This document shows positions 1 through 12,300 of a stretch of 35,409 bases of DNA, piece by piece. Both the position numbers and the translations under genes were made by a program. Source of the DNA: Reclinomonas americana ATCC 50394 (Eukaryota); the NCBI GenBank assembly GCA_048213135.1, contig PS015067.1, forward strand, positions 102,334 through 137,742, given 5' to 3'. The notes beneath the pieces are model-generated. The model searched no databases and had not been told where the DNA came from. It was given only the letters and a program-made list of their open reading frames with translations. The first letter of the stretch is position 1. The number at the start of each line of letters is the position of its first letter.

Positions 1-77
1 CAAGGAGCAGGAGAGAAAACGTCACAGGACGCGACGCTTGGGCCCTTGGTTCTATTGTGTTGTGTGTTGAACGCAGG

Positions 78-1000
78 ATGTTTGGCGAAGACGAGTCCGA
101 CTATCCCTCCTTCAGTGGCGCACACGACGACATTCGCGCACACGCCGCCACCACCAACAACAAACCAGAGGTAACCCCCGCAAAAATGCGCGCGCACTCC
201 CCACACACCTCTGACACACACACACACACACGCACACACAGAAACCGCCTGCAGCTGCACCTCCATCTCCGCCTCCGCCGCCGCCTCCTCCGCCTCCACC
301 TCCGCCTCTCCCGCCTTCCATTGCAGAGAAGAGCGAGAGACCATCGGCATCGGCGTCGGCCTCGTCGGAGATGCAAATGGTGTTGCATGCCAATGTGCTG
401 CTGACACTCAAGCATCAGGTGCAGACTCTGCTCGAGGCAATGACCACCGTGCAGGGTCGAATCGACGCGCTGCAGCACGCAGTCATGCCGCGACTGGAGA
501 CACTGGAGAAGCGCACCTCGATCATGTGGAAGGCCTCCAACGCAGCAGCAGCAGCAGCAGCAGCAGCCGCAGCCGCAGGAGGACCGCCTCCGCTGCTTCC
601 CGCCTCACTGCCGCTTCCACCGCCTCCTGAGTTTCCACTGCCGAGCGAGTCGTCATCATCGCCGCCTGCACAGAAGCGACGGCGCATCGATGTGCATGAG
701 GTGCCGGCGCTGCTGTCCATGCCCATATCGATTGCACTGCCTCCGCCGCCGCCACCACCGCCCCCGCCGCCTCCGCTGTCCATCTCCGGCGAGGACGAGA
801 GAAGCGACGAGGGCGATTCTGCGGCTGTGAAGGCTGCGCGCATGGCGGCGGCGGCGGCGGCGGCCAACCGGCGACGCTCCGGCTTTCACCAGAATGAGGA
901 TCCGCACAATTGTTTGATCTTTGAGGCGTTGGCGCGCAAGTTGTCGCTGCCGTCGGTGCCGCAGAACTTTAGTGCGACGCAGTGGCTTAACTTTCGCGCG
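78..1000 (+). CDS. Hypothetical Pro/Ala-rich protein with a coiled-coil-like segment and a basic NLS-like motif; 3' end lost in an N gap, 5' end possibly further upstream
   Basis: Exon 78-170 (MFGEDESDY...NKPE) splices via a GT-AG intron (171-241) in frame into the exon containing ORF 371 (LKHQVQTLLEAMTTVQGRIDAL, QKRRR). It runs into the gap at 1001. Confidence 0.55.
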
Positions 1001-1494
1001 NNNNNNNNNNNNNNNNNNNNNNNNNNNNNNNNNNNNNNNNNNNNNNNNNNNNNNNNNNNNNNNNNNNNNNNNNNNNNNNNNNNNNNNNNNNNNNNNNNNN
1101 NNNNNNNNNNNNNNNNNNNNNNNNNNNNNNNNNNNNNNNNNNNNNNNNNNNNNNNNNNNNNNNNNNNNNNNNNNNNNNNNNNNNNNNNNNNNNNNNNNNN
1201 NNNNNNNNNNNNNNNNNNNNNNNNNNNNNNNNNNNNNNNNNNNNNNNNNNNNNNNNNNNNNNNNNNNNNNNNNNNNNNNNNNNNNNNNNNNNNNNNNNNN
1301 NNNNNNNNNNNNNNNNNNNNNNNNNNNNNNNNCGCGTTGCTGTGCCTCTCACGCGCGCACGTTGCATATATAGAGACACGTGGTGAGCTGTGTCGCTGCA
1401 GTGGAGTGGCGACTCGCCAGCTGAAGCCGGCAGCAAATGCCACGCGTCGCGTGTCCTGCAGTTATTTTCTCACACTTTTGCAGCGAGCGAAGAC

Positions 1495-4328
1495 ATGGTG
1501 AGTAACGGCGCACCACTTGCTTCCTCCGCACGTCCCTCCTCTCTCTCTCTCTCTTCTTTGCGCGTTTGCCGCGTCGTTTTCTTGTCTGTCTTTTTTTCCT
1601 TTCTTGTGTGAGATGTCACAGACAACGCGCGCACGATAGCCGAAACACAGCGCTGCCTTCTGTAAACAAATGACAGAGACACAATACACAAGAGAAGAGC
1701 GCACACACATGCACATCATGTCTCGAGAATTTCCCCGAGATGTGTTCGCACGCTGTCTCTCTCTCAACTCCGCCTGCCTCTCTCCCTCTCCCTTCCCTCT
1801 CTCTCTTAATGTGACAGGCCGACGACGGAGCTCTTGGACGCACTGAGTCACAGCGCATGGTCGCTGAGTACCTCGACACGGAGGATCCGTTGGCCTTTTT
1901 GGCGGCGGTGGCTCGCGACGGCAACGTGGAACTGGTGAGGCGCACACTCGCAAGCCACGATCACCAGTCGCAGCATCGATTAACTGTGTGCTTGTGCAGG
2001 AGGAGTTCCGCATGGTGGTCAACACGCCCATCAAGGTCTCCAACAAGCACTGCCTTGTGCTTGCTTGTTGTGCTCACTGTCTCTGTTGCACAGGCCATCA
2101 TTCGTGGCTCGATTCTGCAGGTCATGGGTCGCCTGCCGCCGGGTCTTCGAGGTAATATACCATCGAGGATATCATGTATTTTGTCTGCTGCGCCGTGTTA
2201 ATATGTGGTCCGGTTTTTCCCGTGTTGCAGGCCAAGCGCGGCTGGAGCAGGTGGTCGACGGTGCGATGCACGGACTGGAGATGCGCTCGAACTTGCTCAT
2301 CCCGCAACTCTTCAAGGTCTCCTCGCCCTTCTGTTGGCGGGTCGTGTGGATGGATGGTTGTCTTACTGATTGATTGTGTCGGCAGTTCTTTGACCGCAAC
2401 CGTGATGGACGCATCTCCGAGGCCGAGGTCCGCGAGGTGCTGGATCTGTTTGCGCGACAGGACTTGCCGTCTCTGCTGGCCATTCTCGACGTGGTGCGTG
2501 ATGATGTATATCCCTCGTGCTGTGTTGGTTTCGCTTCTCACCCGTAATGCAGAACGGCGATGGTGTGTTTGATGCTACGCTCGGCGACTTTCACATTTTT
2601 CTTATTCGTTTTCCTCGCAGGCCACCTGACAAAGGACTCGCTGACGGCGCTGCTGGCTGACCTGGTGCGCATCCTGTGTTACCTTGTGATGGTGGACATT
2701 TTTCGCGCAACTCACGCTGCATGTGCACAGTTCGAGACGGTCGTCATGTTCAGCGACCAGCTCATCGACTCGCTGTCGCAAGTGCTCCTGTTCGACTCGA
2801 CGCTGATTCACAACGCCCTCTCCCTGGCCTACATGTTTGTCGACCAGGACGGAGAGTTGCGTGCTGACACACGAGATCACCCGCGCGCGCGTGTGTCACT
2901 CTCTCACTCACTGCTCTCAATAGTGGCGCTGTGACTGTCGACGATCTGCTCGCGCTCATCCCGCCGGAGAGTTGCGTCACTAAGCTTGTGCTCTCACCTT
3001 CGAGAAATACTCATGCACTCGGGACTCCTTCAACAGTGCTGCAGATGGTGGAGATGCAGCTGAATGCGCTCGCCGACTCGCCGCAGTCGCCGTACGGAAT
3101 GATGATGGCACAGTACCACCGCACCCGTGAGGTTGGTGCTCTGTTCGTTTTGTGTGTCGCGGTGACTGGCACCAACCTGCTTCAATGCAGCAATTCGTGG
3201 AGGCCAGCTCCAAGTCCGACGACGGACAGGTGTCAGAGGCCACCATGTACCGCATGGCACACGGTAACATTCGTGAGGACTTCATGCAGGGAGTTGCGCA
3301 TCTGTTTGCTGAATTCCTCTCCCGCTGTCACTCTGCTCACTCGGCCTCACAGGTCAACCAAGGCATGCAGCAGGCTGCCGTCTTCAACCCGGGTGCCGCC
3401 GCCTTGCCGCCCGCCATTCTCGCCTGTGCGTGCTCTTTTTCGGTGCCACAACATCGCCTGCTGCTGACCCTCTCACTCTCCCTCTCTTCTCCCCTCAGTG
3501 CTGTCGGAGAATGTGCCGGCTGTCATGGAGCGCAAGTTCCCTGCTCTCTTCTCCGCCGTGTTCAAGCTGATTGACAAGAACGTGCGTCAATTTGTGTGTG
3601 TCTCTCACCGGCACTGCTGCAACAGCGATGCTCAAGAAATGGTGGTGCGCAGGGAGACGGCCGTGTGTCGCTCGCCGAGTTCGAGTCCATGTTCCGTGTG
3701 GCGGAGGCCTTTGCGCCGTCGGTGGCCGGTAACCCGCCGATCAACCGCGTCCGCACTCTGCTGGTCAGCCTGCTGTCGATATTTGACATCAACATGGTGT
3801 GTGTGAACGAGCGGCGAATCTCGCGGTGTGTTTTTGTGCACATTGTTCCTCACTGCGTGTTGCTGCGGCCAGGACGGACGCGTGACCATTGAGGAGGCCG
3901 AGATCATCACCAAGCGCATGCTGCGCCTGATCCTCGAGGTGTGTATCCCTGCTCCGCAGTAGCAATACTCGGGTGACACTCACGCATCTCACGGCATGGC
4001 TTGTCAGATCATCCACGTGTACCTGGCCATCATCAAGGAGGTGGGCCTGTTGCTCATCCGCACTGAGGCTCTCGATCCGATCTTCCAGATTCTGGACCCC
4101 GAGAACACTGGTCGCGTGAGGTGCGTGCTGAAAAACTACAAGAACACGCGTATGTGCGTCCTCACTCATTTTTCGTTCCTCAACCCGTTTTGTAGTCTGG
4201 CGCGCGCTGCCGAGGCCGTGCCGCAGATTCCGATGATGCTGGCCATGCGGCAACAGGGCATGCTGGCGGGTGCTGGCATGCCGCCGCCGCCAGTGGACAA
4301 TGATGGCGAAGGCAACTTCCCCGAGTGA
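1495..4328 (+). CDS. Multi-EF-hand calcium-binding protein (about 15 exons)
   Basis: ATG|gtgagt at 1495, acceptor at 1817, then a phase-consistent GT-AG chain. EF loops after splicing: DRNRDGRISEAE, DVNGDGHLTKDS, DQDGDGAVTVDD, DKNGDGRVSLAE, DINMDGRVTIEE, DPENTGRVSLAR. Stop TGA at 4326-4328. Confidence 0.85.
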
Positions 4329-4458
4329 GCATTCTCTTCGCTCTGTCTCTCTGCTTCGTTTGTCGCTCTCGTTCCCTCCTCACATCGTGGAATACAAAAA
4401 AAAACAAGAGAGAAATCACTAGTCGCAGTTTCAATAATGATGTCAACGCACCCACTCA

Positions 4459-6090
4459 CTATCCACCGCCCCTGCCAGGCAACAAGTTCGCCACCGACTG
4501 CAACGGCTGGCGCAGCCACTTGCCGAGCTCCACCGACACTGTGGTGACGAATTTCTGCATGTCGCGCTGCTCGCCGAGATAGCTCTCCACCAGATGCCGC
4601 ATCGTCATCGGGTAGATCCAGTGCGGCACTCCGTCGCCGGCGCGATCCACCATCAGCAGACCCAGGTCGTGCAAGCGAAAGAGGGTCTCGTTGAGCTGAT
4701 GACCACGCACATCGTCGGCTTGATTGCCGCGCTTCAGCAGCACCTCGGCAAACACGTCGCGAGCCTCGGGAAACGACAGTGGCGTAAAGCGCTTCTCCCA
4801 CGGTACCTCGGTGACACGCTCCACCGATAGCACCTTGGCGTCGGGCTCCACCATGAGGCTCTTCAGCAACTCCTCGTTCTTCTCGCGCATCGTCTCCAGC
4901 AGTTTCTGATAGAAGGCCGCCACCAAGTCGTCGCTCATGGCCAGCTGCGTGCTGTCGGTGCGATCCATGCTGTCCTCTCGCACACCGCCGTGAGCGGTGT
5001 AGAATGCCAGGTCGTGGAGGCCGCGCAGCACGCGGCGTGGAGTCGCTCCGTACGTGAACAGCACCAGTCGCGCCTTGTTCTCGTCGTCGAGCTGGAGCAT
5101 TTGTTGCACTAGCTTCAGGTCGTTCATCAAGCCGTTTGGCACCCGAAAGGTGGGAAAGCGACTGGAGGTGAGAGTCGGGCAGTCTTGCACCAGCGGGTAC
5201 TCGTTGCTCAGGTTGGAGTCGCGCACGGCCTGCCGGTTGATGAGCAGCGGGAGCGACGGAGACGAACTGCAGAGAACCACGGCAAATCGACCACTGGGAA
5301 ACCCATCGGCCAGGGCCGCCATCTCGCGAAGCAATCCGCGCGCCAGCTGCGCCTCCTCTAGTGTCGACTGCAACGCCTTGACAGTGTACAGCTGGTCCAC
5401 GTCGTCGACGAGGAAGAGAATGTGCCGATTGGTGGCGGCCAGCACCGAGTCGGCCACACGGAGGGCACTCCAGTTGTCGCCCTCGCGCTCATCCGCATTG
5501 TTGCTGCTGCTGCTGTTGCCGTTGCCGTTGCCGCTATTACCATTAATGGAGGAGGGTCGACTTGGCACGATAAAGCCGTGCCGCTCCAGTGCCTCGCAGG
5601 CGAGTTCGCCGAGCGGACGCACGCCGGCACTGAAACCGCGCCCGTCAATCTCACCAAGCATGCTGCTGACGCTGACGTACACTGGCACCACCGTCGGCGC
5701 CATCAGCGGACACACCTCGGCGAACACGCGCAGCACAGTCGACTTGCCGACGCCGTCAGCCCCGACAATTGCCACGCCATTCGCACCCCGTGTGTGCGCC
5801 AGCCGGTCTTCTGCCAGCAGTACCGCCATGCTGGCCAGCTTGCCGAGCATCACGCGATGCGTGGGCGTGTCGTACACTCGAGTGGAGACCGTTTGTAGCA
5901 GGTGCTCGTGGCCGAGAGCATTGAGTGCGTGCAGCAGCTCCAGCGGGTCCGGCGGCCTCTCCAGCGTGTACTTGAGGTTGACATGATTCCGCTGAAGGCA
6001 CGCGATCCGCTGCTGTGTCAGCGACGGCGACGACGACGGCACATGTGGGAGCGTGGAGGCGTGAACGGCTACGCATGAAAGACCGCCCAT
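4459..6090 (-). CDS. Intronless P-loop NTPase (AAA+/STAND-like), about 543 aa; start codon uncertain (open frame extends to 6234)
   Basis: Single uninterrupted ORF with Walker A AIVGADGVGKS (5763-5740), Walker B ILFLVDD (about 5421-5401), a sensor-like strand AVVLCSSS and a GATPR turn. The probable start is MGGLSC at 6090. Confidence 0.8.
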   Translation of the reverse strand: MGGLSCVAVHASTLPHVPSSSPSLTQQRIACLQRNHVNLKYTLERPPDPLELLHALNALGHEHLLQTVSTRVYDTPTHRVMLGKLASMAVLLAEDRLAHTRGANGVAIVGADGVGKSTVLRVFAEVCPLMAPTVVPVYVSVSSMLGEIDGRGFSAGVRPLGELACEALERHGFIVPSRPSSINGNSGNGNGNSSSSNNADEREGDNWSALRVADSVLAATNRHILFLVDDVDQLYTVKALQSTLEEAQLARGLLREMAALADGFPSGRFAVVLCSSSPSLPLLINRQAVRDSNLSNEYPLVQDCPTLTSSRFPTFRVPNGLMNDLKLVQQMLQLDDENKARLVLFTYGATPRRVLRGLHDLAFYTAHGGVREDSMDRTDSTQLAMSDDLVAAFYQKLLETMREKNEELLKSLMVEPDAKVLSVERVTEVPWEKRFTPLSFPEARDVFAEVLLKRGNQADDVRGHQLNETLFRLHDLGLLMVDRAGDGVPHWIYPMTMRHLVESYLGEQRDMQKFVTTVSVELGKWLRQPLQSVANLLPGRGGG

Positions 6091-6357
6091 TAGCGACACC
6101 AGGGCGCTGTCGCGGGGGGAGGAAACAGTGAAGTGAGGAGAGTGACGAAGAGCAGCAACTGGCGACCACAGCATAGAGTACCATCCACCGAGAATCCACA
6201 TTGCGAGCACAGTGTCAGGCGGGTAGGTGGGCAAGCAAGCAGGCAGGCGAAGGTGAACACTCAGTCACAGGAAGCGACGGAGATGAAGGAAAGACAAGAG
6301 AATCCAGTTTTTCATGGACAACATGAATGTGCCGGAGAAACAATCTACTTACTTCAC

Positions 6358-9300
6358 TCACGTGTCAAAGTACACCACACAAACACCGTCGGGATGCGTC
6401 TCCAGCAACCGCAAGAGCGCAACACGATTCTTCGAGGTGAGTCGGAAGAGTGTTCTTACCAGCGCCGGCTGACAGCACGGGTCTTCGCCAAAACCAAAGT
6501 CGGTCGCGTACTCGCCAAACAATCGGTGCAACAGCAGCTGCGCGAGCAGTGCGGTGAGGCTTAGACTGTCGTACATCGCGCGCAGTTCCAGATCATTGAC
6601 AAACCTCGCGCCGACCAATGTCCACAATAACTCCTTTTTCGCCGAATTTCTCCGCACACCGCTGCAACAAGTAATCGACTTTCTCTACCTGCGCCTCCGC
6701 GTGAGCAAATCCATCAAGTGGTGGACCCAAGCGCAAACACAAACACGCACTCTCATGGGCTTCAGGAACAGCTTGCCCTCGAGTCCAGACAACACAAAGT
6801 GCACTCGAACATCAGGCGCCTGCAGCACCAGACCCTGCACGCACGACACGGACAATGGTGATGAGAATGCGCTTCGCACACACATCAGTACATCACTATG
6901 AAACACACCATTCGTGGATCGCTCTTGGAGCGGAACGGTGGCAGGAGCTGATGCAAGCACGGTTTGTTGCCTGCAGGGCAGGGGGTGAGACGTGAGGGGG
7001 TAAAGCCACTGCACAAAGGAGGGGCGACACAGACCTCGCAGAATGCCGTCCTTGATGTCGTGTAGGGAGAAGCGCAAGCCACCAATGTCGTAGCACACGG
7101 CGTGCAAGAATCGCGGATGTACACTTGACGATTCGACGCCGAGTGCAATCAGCCCGTGAATGTACAGCAGGTTGTGGGCATTGACAAAGAACACTAGTCG
7201 TTCGCGCTCGTTCAGAGCAAACACATTCGACTGCAACGAGACAAGTCAAGTCAACACTCGCCGGAGAGCACAAGCGTGATTAACACAAGACACGTTACCC
7301 GCTGCAACTCGCCCGTCTCGGCGACAAACTCGGTGTACCCTTGACTCTCGATCACACTCTGCGACAAGGTGCAATGAGGAGCATGCTCTTCTTTTGCGAT
7401 TGCTTGCCGCCCACCGCACCTGATAATTCAAGCCCTTGCCAGTCATGTGTTGAGTGCACGTGTTGAGCATTTTCGCCGCCAGTGAGCGAATCACAGTGAC
7501 CGCAGCGCGACTCGGCTTGTCCCACACATCCGACAGGTTGAGCACATGCGGTTCCTCACCAGCCTTGCGAGCGCGCAATTGTCAGCGAAGCACCATAGAA
7601 ACGCAAATATTGGTTCACACACACGCACACACGCACCAAAAACTTGTACAGCGTAAAGTCGCCGTCAAACGTGGAGCCGCCGTCCAGCCGCGAAAACACA
7701 TTGCAGTTCGACATGTGCTGCAGCAGCACAATGGCATCGGCCGGCTCCGACACGCGGAACTCGTCGCACTCGAGCACCCACTTGATTGCGTCGAGGCCGG
7801 TGAAGCATCCGCGATGCAGCTCCTCGTGCATCAGCTTGGACAGAATGGAACGTGAGCTCTTGCTGGCGTGCCTCCTGGTGCGGTACACAATGTGCGGGCG
7901 ACGTGGAATACCACCCTCCTCTGGCGACGCCATCATCTTTTCCACAATGCGCCGCAGCACTTCGTCCAACTGATGACATTTGCGTGCGTGAGACAGACAC
8001 ACGCAAGGGCGGGCGGTGATAGACGGCGGCAGACATGTGCATACCAGCTCGTCGGTCAGCGCAAAGTCCTGCACGTAGCGCAGGAACGGAAGGAAGTAGT
8101 TCCACGGCGGATGAATCATGGTCTGCTCCTGTCGCGACATTTCCTCTGCCTCCTCGGCCAGCTTGCGTCGCCGCACGGCCGAGCGCACAGTGGCACCAAT
8201 CGATGACAGGTCCGTGACCGCACCTGTGAAGCAGCGGCAACTGGTGAGACACAGGATGCCAGCAAGCATGCACCACGATTTCGTTTCGCAACTCGGCTGC
8301 TTCGACGGTGAGCGTACACCAAAGCTGATGAGTGGACCGTCACCCTCCGGGGTAACCGTGACTGTGCGACGAGCGGCATCCAGCAGAGCGGACGGGGCTG
8401 CTGCGCCAGCTTCCGCGCGCCCTGCCGTCGACGGTCGCACATCTTGACTCGCATCACTTGCCGCACCGCCACTGCCACCTGCTCCACGCATGAGACACAG
8501 GCATCAACGCTCTGAGGCCGCACACTGTCTCGACAAACCCTTGCGTGTCGGAGCTGGGGCGGCCGCTGATTGCTCGAGGATCTCGTCGAGCACATGCGGT
8601 CGCCGCACGTCGGGGACTGCCTCCTCGATGCGCTCACTGCCTTCCTCGTCCTCTTCGTCGCTGTCGAGCACGGCCGTGGCGTGCGCCTGGAAAACAGCAG
8701 TGGCATGAGCTTCGGCGAGGCGAAGCACATGCAGGGGGGCGACTCACATCAGCAGCAGAGGATTGTACATCACGGGTGCCGACCGTGGACTCGTCTTCGT
8801 CGTCATCGCGCTCCTCGCCTGCACGGCGCACGCAAGTGTCAAACACCGTCACTGCGTAACACATTCGTCCCTGTAGGAAATACCGTACACAGCCAGCAGT
8901 CCGTCCTCGTAGAGCGTGGAGCTCGAGGCGCTGCTGGACAGGCCCACTCGGTAGTCGACAGCGGCCTCACGACGCAGGGTATCGAGTGTGTTCTGGAACT
9001 CACTGTACACCAGGTGGGATCAATAGGTAGAGAGGGGGGGTGACAATGAGAGGGTGGTGGGACGCACACTCCGACGCTGAGCGGCACTGTGCCCATGACA
9101 TATCGTCCGGCCTGGTCCGCACGGGCGTACGCGTCAAAGCGCTGTGTTGACACACGCACAACAGAAGGAGGAAAGAATGAGAGTCGTGGTCAAGGGCTGC
9201 AAGCACTCTCTCTCTCTCTCTCACACACACACGCGCACCTTGAGGTCGTCGATATCAGGGGACATCTCTGGCGCCAGGAACCGATCGTACATTTTCTGGT

Positions 9301-12300
9301 AGTACTCGCCCACCGCGTTCACGCCGCTGAACTGACTGGCTCCTTGCTGCGCGATGCACACAGCACAGGTCAGTGAGCAGGCTCCATCCAATCACCGCCA
9401 TACATACGACACGAACCACAGTGTGACCCAGCGACATGGCACCGGCAAGCACCGAGATGCCTCGACTCTGGCCACCAGTCTGCACACCAGAGTGAGAACA
9501 TCTCTATCAGCAAACTTTGTGAACGGGGACGCAACTGCCAGCATCGCAGTAGTGCGCGTGCCCGACAAAAAGTACTCGTACTCGGAGGACCGATTCACCG
9601 TCTCCACCATTTCGTGACGACTGGCGTGTGCGTACGTGCGATACTTTTCCATGCTGTCGTCTTCCGGTTCGTCGATAAACGACAACGAATCCTGCGAGGC
9701 ACGAACAACGGTGAGCATCAGTGCGCGCCACAGAATGCTGGCGTGGCGTGACGAAACATCATGAGCACTTGTCATCCTGTTCACAATGGCGAATCGCTGG
9801 CGAATGTCCTCGTCAATGACAGCAGGCATGATGGAGACGGCCGCCATGCGACCCTTGGTGCTGTGGTGCGATGCCAGTGAGGAGAGTACAACGGCAGCTG
9901 CAGTGCACCGGGGGGAAACGAAACGAAGATCGTGCATGATGCGCACTTGCCGCTCGACTGTCACGCGCCACCGACAGCCGCTTCTCGTAGGGCACCAGCA
10001 AGCGCCTGAGTGTGTACGTGAGTGAGTGGGTAAAGGAAAGTAGGCAGCTGTGTAGCTGAGGAACACAACTTGTAAAAGTTGGTCAGCTTGTGCGTCTGGT
10101 GCGCCTGCTCAAAGTACGTGTCGTCCTTGGGCCTGTCAAACAGCTGCTCTTCGGTGCATGTCGCCACGCCGGCGAGACCCTCCTCCTGATTGATGCGCGA
10201 AAAGAGCGATGCGTGCGGGTCCTCGAATTCCTCATTCGGCCGCACCCACCAGTCGTCACGGAGTCTGCGACACGAAATGAGCGCACATCCTTGCTGTGCC
10301 AACCCCGCTTCCGCTCCGACGCAACACTTGCATACTCTCCGATCCTTCGCCAAACTCGGTGGCAGTGTTGTGCAGATAGAAATCCGTGGGCAACTCCCAC
10401 AAGTGCGGCTTGCCAATCTCCGGCACGTAGTGTCCGAGGAACAAGTTGATGGCCTCTTGCTTCTCCGGATCCAAGAAGTTGTTGCTGTCGCACACGGCTG
10501 TCAGCTCAACGGATTATGCAAGGCGTGCGCAGCAACACACTCACCTGTAGAATCGTCGAATGTTGGACAGGATATCCCAGCTGACGCCACGGTGATGCAC
10601 ACCGGCACTGACAGTGCGTGAGCCGCCGTACTGCAGAGCAAAGTTGTCACCGGCCTCATCGTACAGATCCATCAGCGCCTGAATAATGTCCTCGTGGCCA
10701 ACGAACGAGGCGCGCGAGAAGGCGCCCAGTGCATGCAGCTACGCACAAGCGTCAAAGTGTAAGACGAAATGACTCGCACCCACAACCATAACACGCATGA
10801 ATGGTGGTGCGATCAAACCTGGTGCGCGAGCGCAGACTTGCCAAACAAAAACTGCGCAATGTTGGTGCGGTCGAGACAGTCCAGGCAGTTCGTGCGCAGC
10901 ACGCCACGCTGCAACGTGTATCCCTCGAATGGCTGCGAGGAGAAATCGTAGAGTCCGCTCTCCTCCAGCCAGTCCGCGCGCTCGACAATCACTTTGGAGC
11001 GGAAAATGTTGGTCTCCGAAATGGCTCCCTCACAAATGACGGCCATCGTAGTCAGTGCGCGACCGAGGTTGCGTTTGGCGGCGCCGCGGAAGTCCCACGA
11101 AATGTGCTGCAAATGGAGCAAGTGAGTGAGTCACGAGGAGCGGAGAAGTGGGTGAGAGAGTCGTGGTACAAGTCACCTGAATCTTCTTCTCGGCCGGCAG
11201 GAACTGGTTGAGATAATTGACCAGCTCGTCAAACTCGCGCACCAGCGGCATCTCTCGCGGCTTCTTCTCCTGTGGTTTTAGCAGATCGAGCAGAATCACT
11301 GGCATGCCGTAGCGTCGGAACAGATCCTGGAAGTGGAGACGCGCTGCCGTGCATTGCGGATCGTAGCGGCCCACTGTCGAAATGTAGAGTATGTGAGTGT
11401 CATCATCATCATCACCACCACCACATTGACTGCACGTTGTGTGCACGAAACTGATAATGGTGGGCTTGGGCGCCACAATGGCCTTCGATTGTGTATCGTG
11501 CGACCAGTAGACCGGCACCGAGCCACGCACTTGCACCACCGACGTGAACACGCCCTCGCGCTCGAATTCGTTCACCGACGACGAGTCGTACACAATCTGC
11601 TCGGTCTCCACCTCGTTGGCCACGTGGCCCTGATCGTTGATGCCACGCTTGAGGTACCGAGTACCGGCAAAGTAGCGCGAGCGGCGACCAATGAGCACAA
11701 TCGAGATGGANNNNNNNNNNNNNNNNNNNNNNNNNNNNNNNNNNNNNNNNNNNNNNNNNNNNNNNNNNNNNNNNAGTGTGGCAGTTGCTGTTATTGATCT
11801 TGATGTGCATCATGCAGGGTTCATTCGCTTCCTGCAAGGCTACTACATGATCCTGATCACGTCACGACGGTTGGTGGGCGCCATTGGGCCACACAAGATC
11901 TACGAGATCACCGACACGGAGCTGCTGCCGCTCTTCCACCCCGTGAAGCTGAAGAAGGGCTTGTTTTCGAAGGATCTCGAGCAGCGGTGAGAAGAAGCAG
12001 ACATGGGGAGAGAAGAAGAAAAACTCACGTTCTTGTATCCTCCTCGTCTCCGCAGCTACAAGGAGCTGTTCACGGGCTTTTCGCTGAACAAGAACTTCTA
12101 CTTTAGCTACACCTACGACCTCACACAGACGCTGCAGTACAACATGCAAATGTCGTCGTCGCCAACTGACGGCTCCGGTGGCAGGTATGTGAGCGCATCT
12201 CGCTTTTCATCTCTGGTGTGTTGCCTCACACCCTCCACCCTAGTTTTGCATCGCGCTTCCGTGGCCGTCCCGAGAGCAAGTTTGTGTGGAACACGTACCT

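Noticed and set aside
2856-2925. Non-canonical TT-starting introns as an alternative reading of the GTTGCG donors
   Set aside because: Canonical GT-AG boundaries restore conserved residues (DQDGDG here, APE in the kinase); shifted boundaries do not.
5054-5986. Long antisense ORF opposite the NTPase, and many similar overlapping ORFs across the window
   Set aside because: Ser/Arg-rich shadow frames expected from GC-rich codon usage, with no recognisable motifs.
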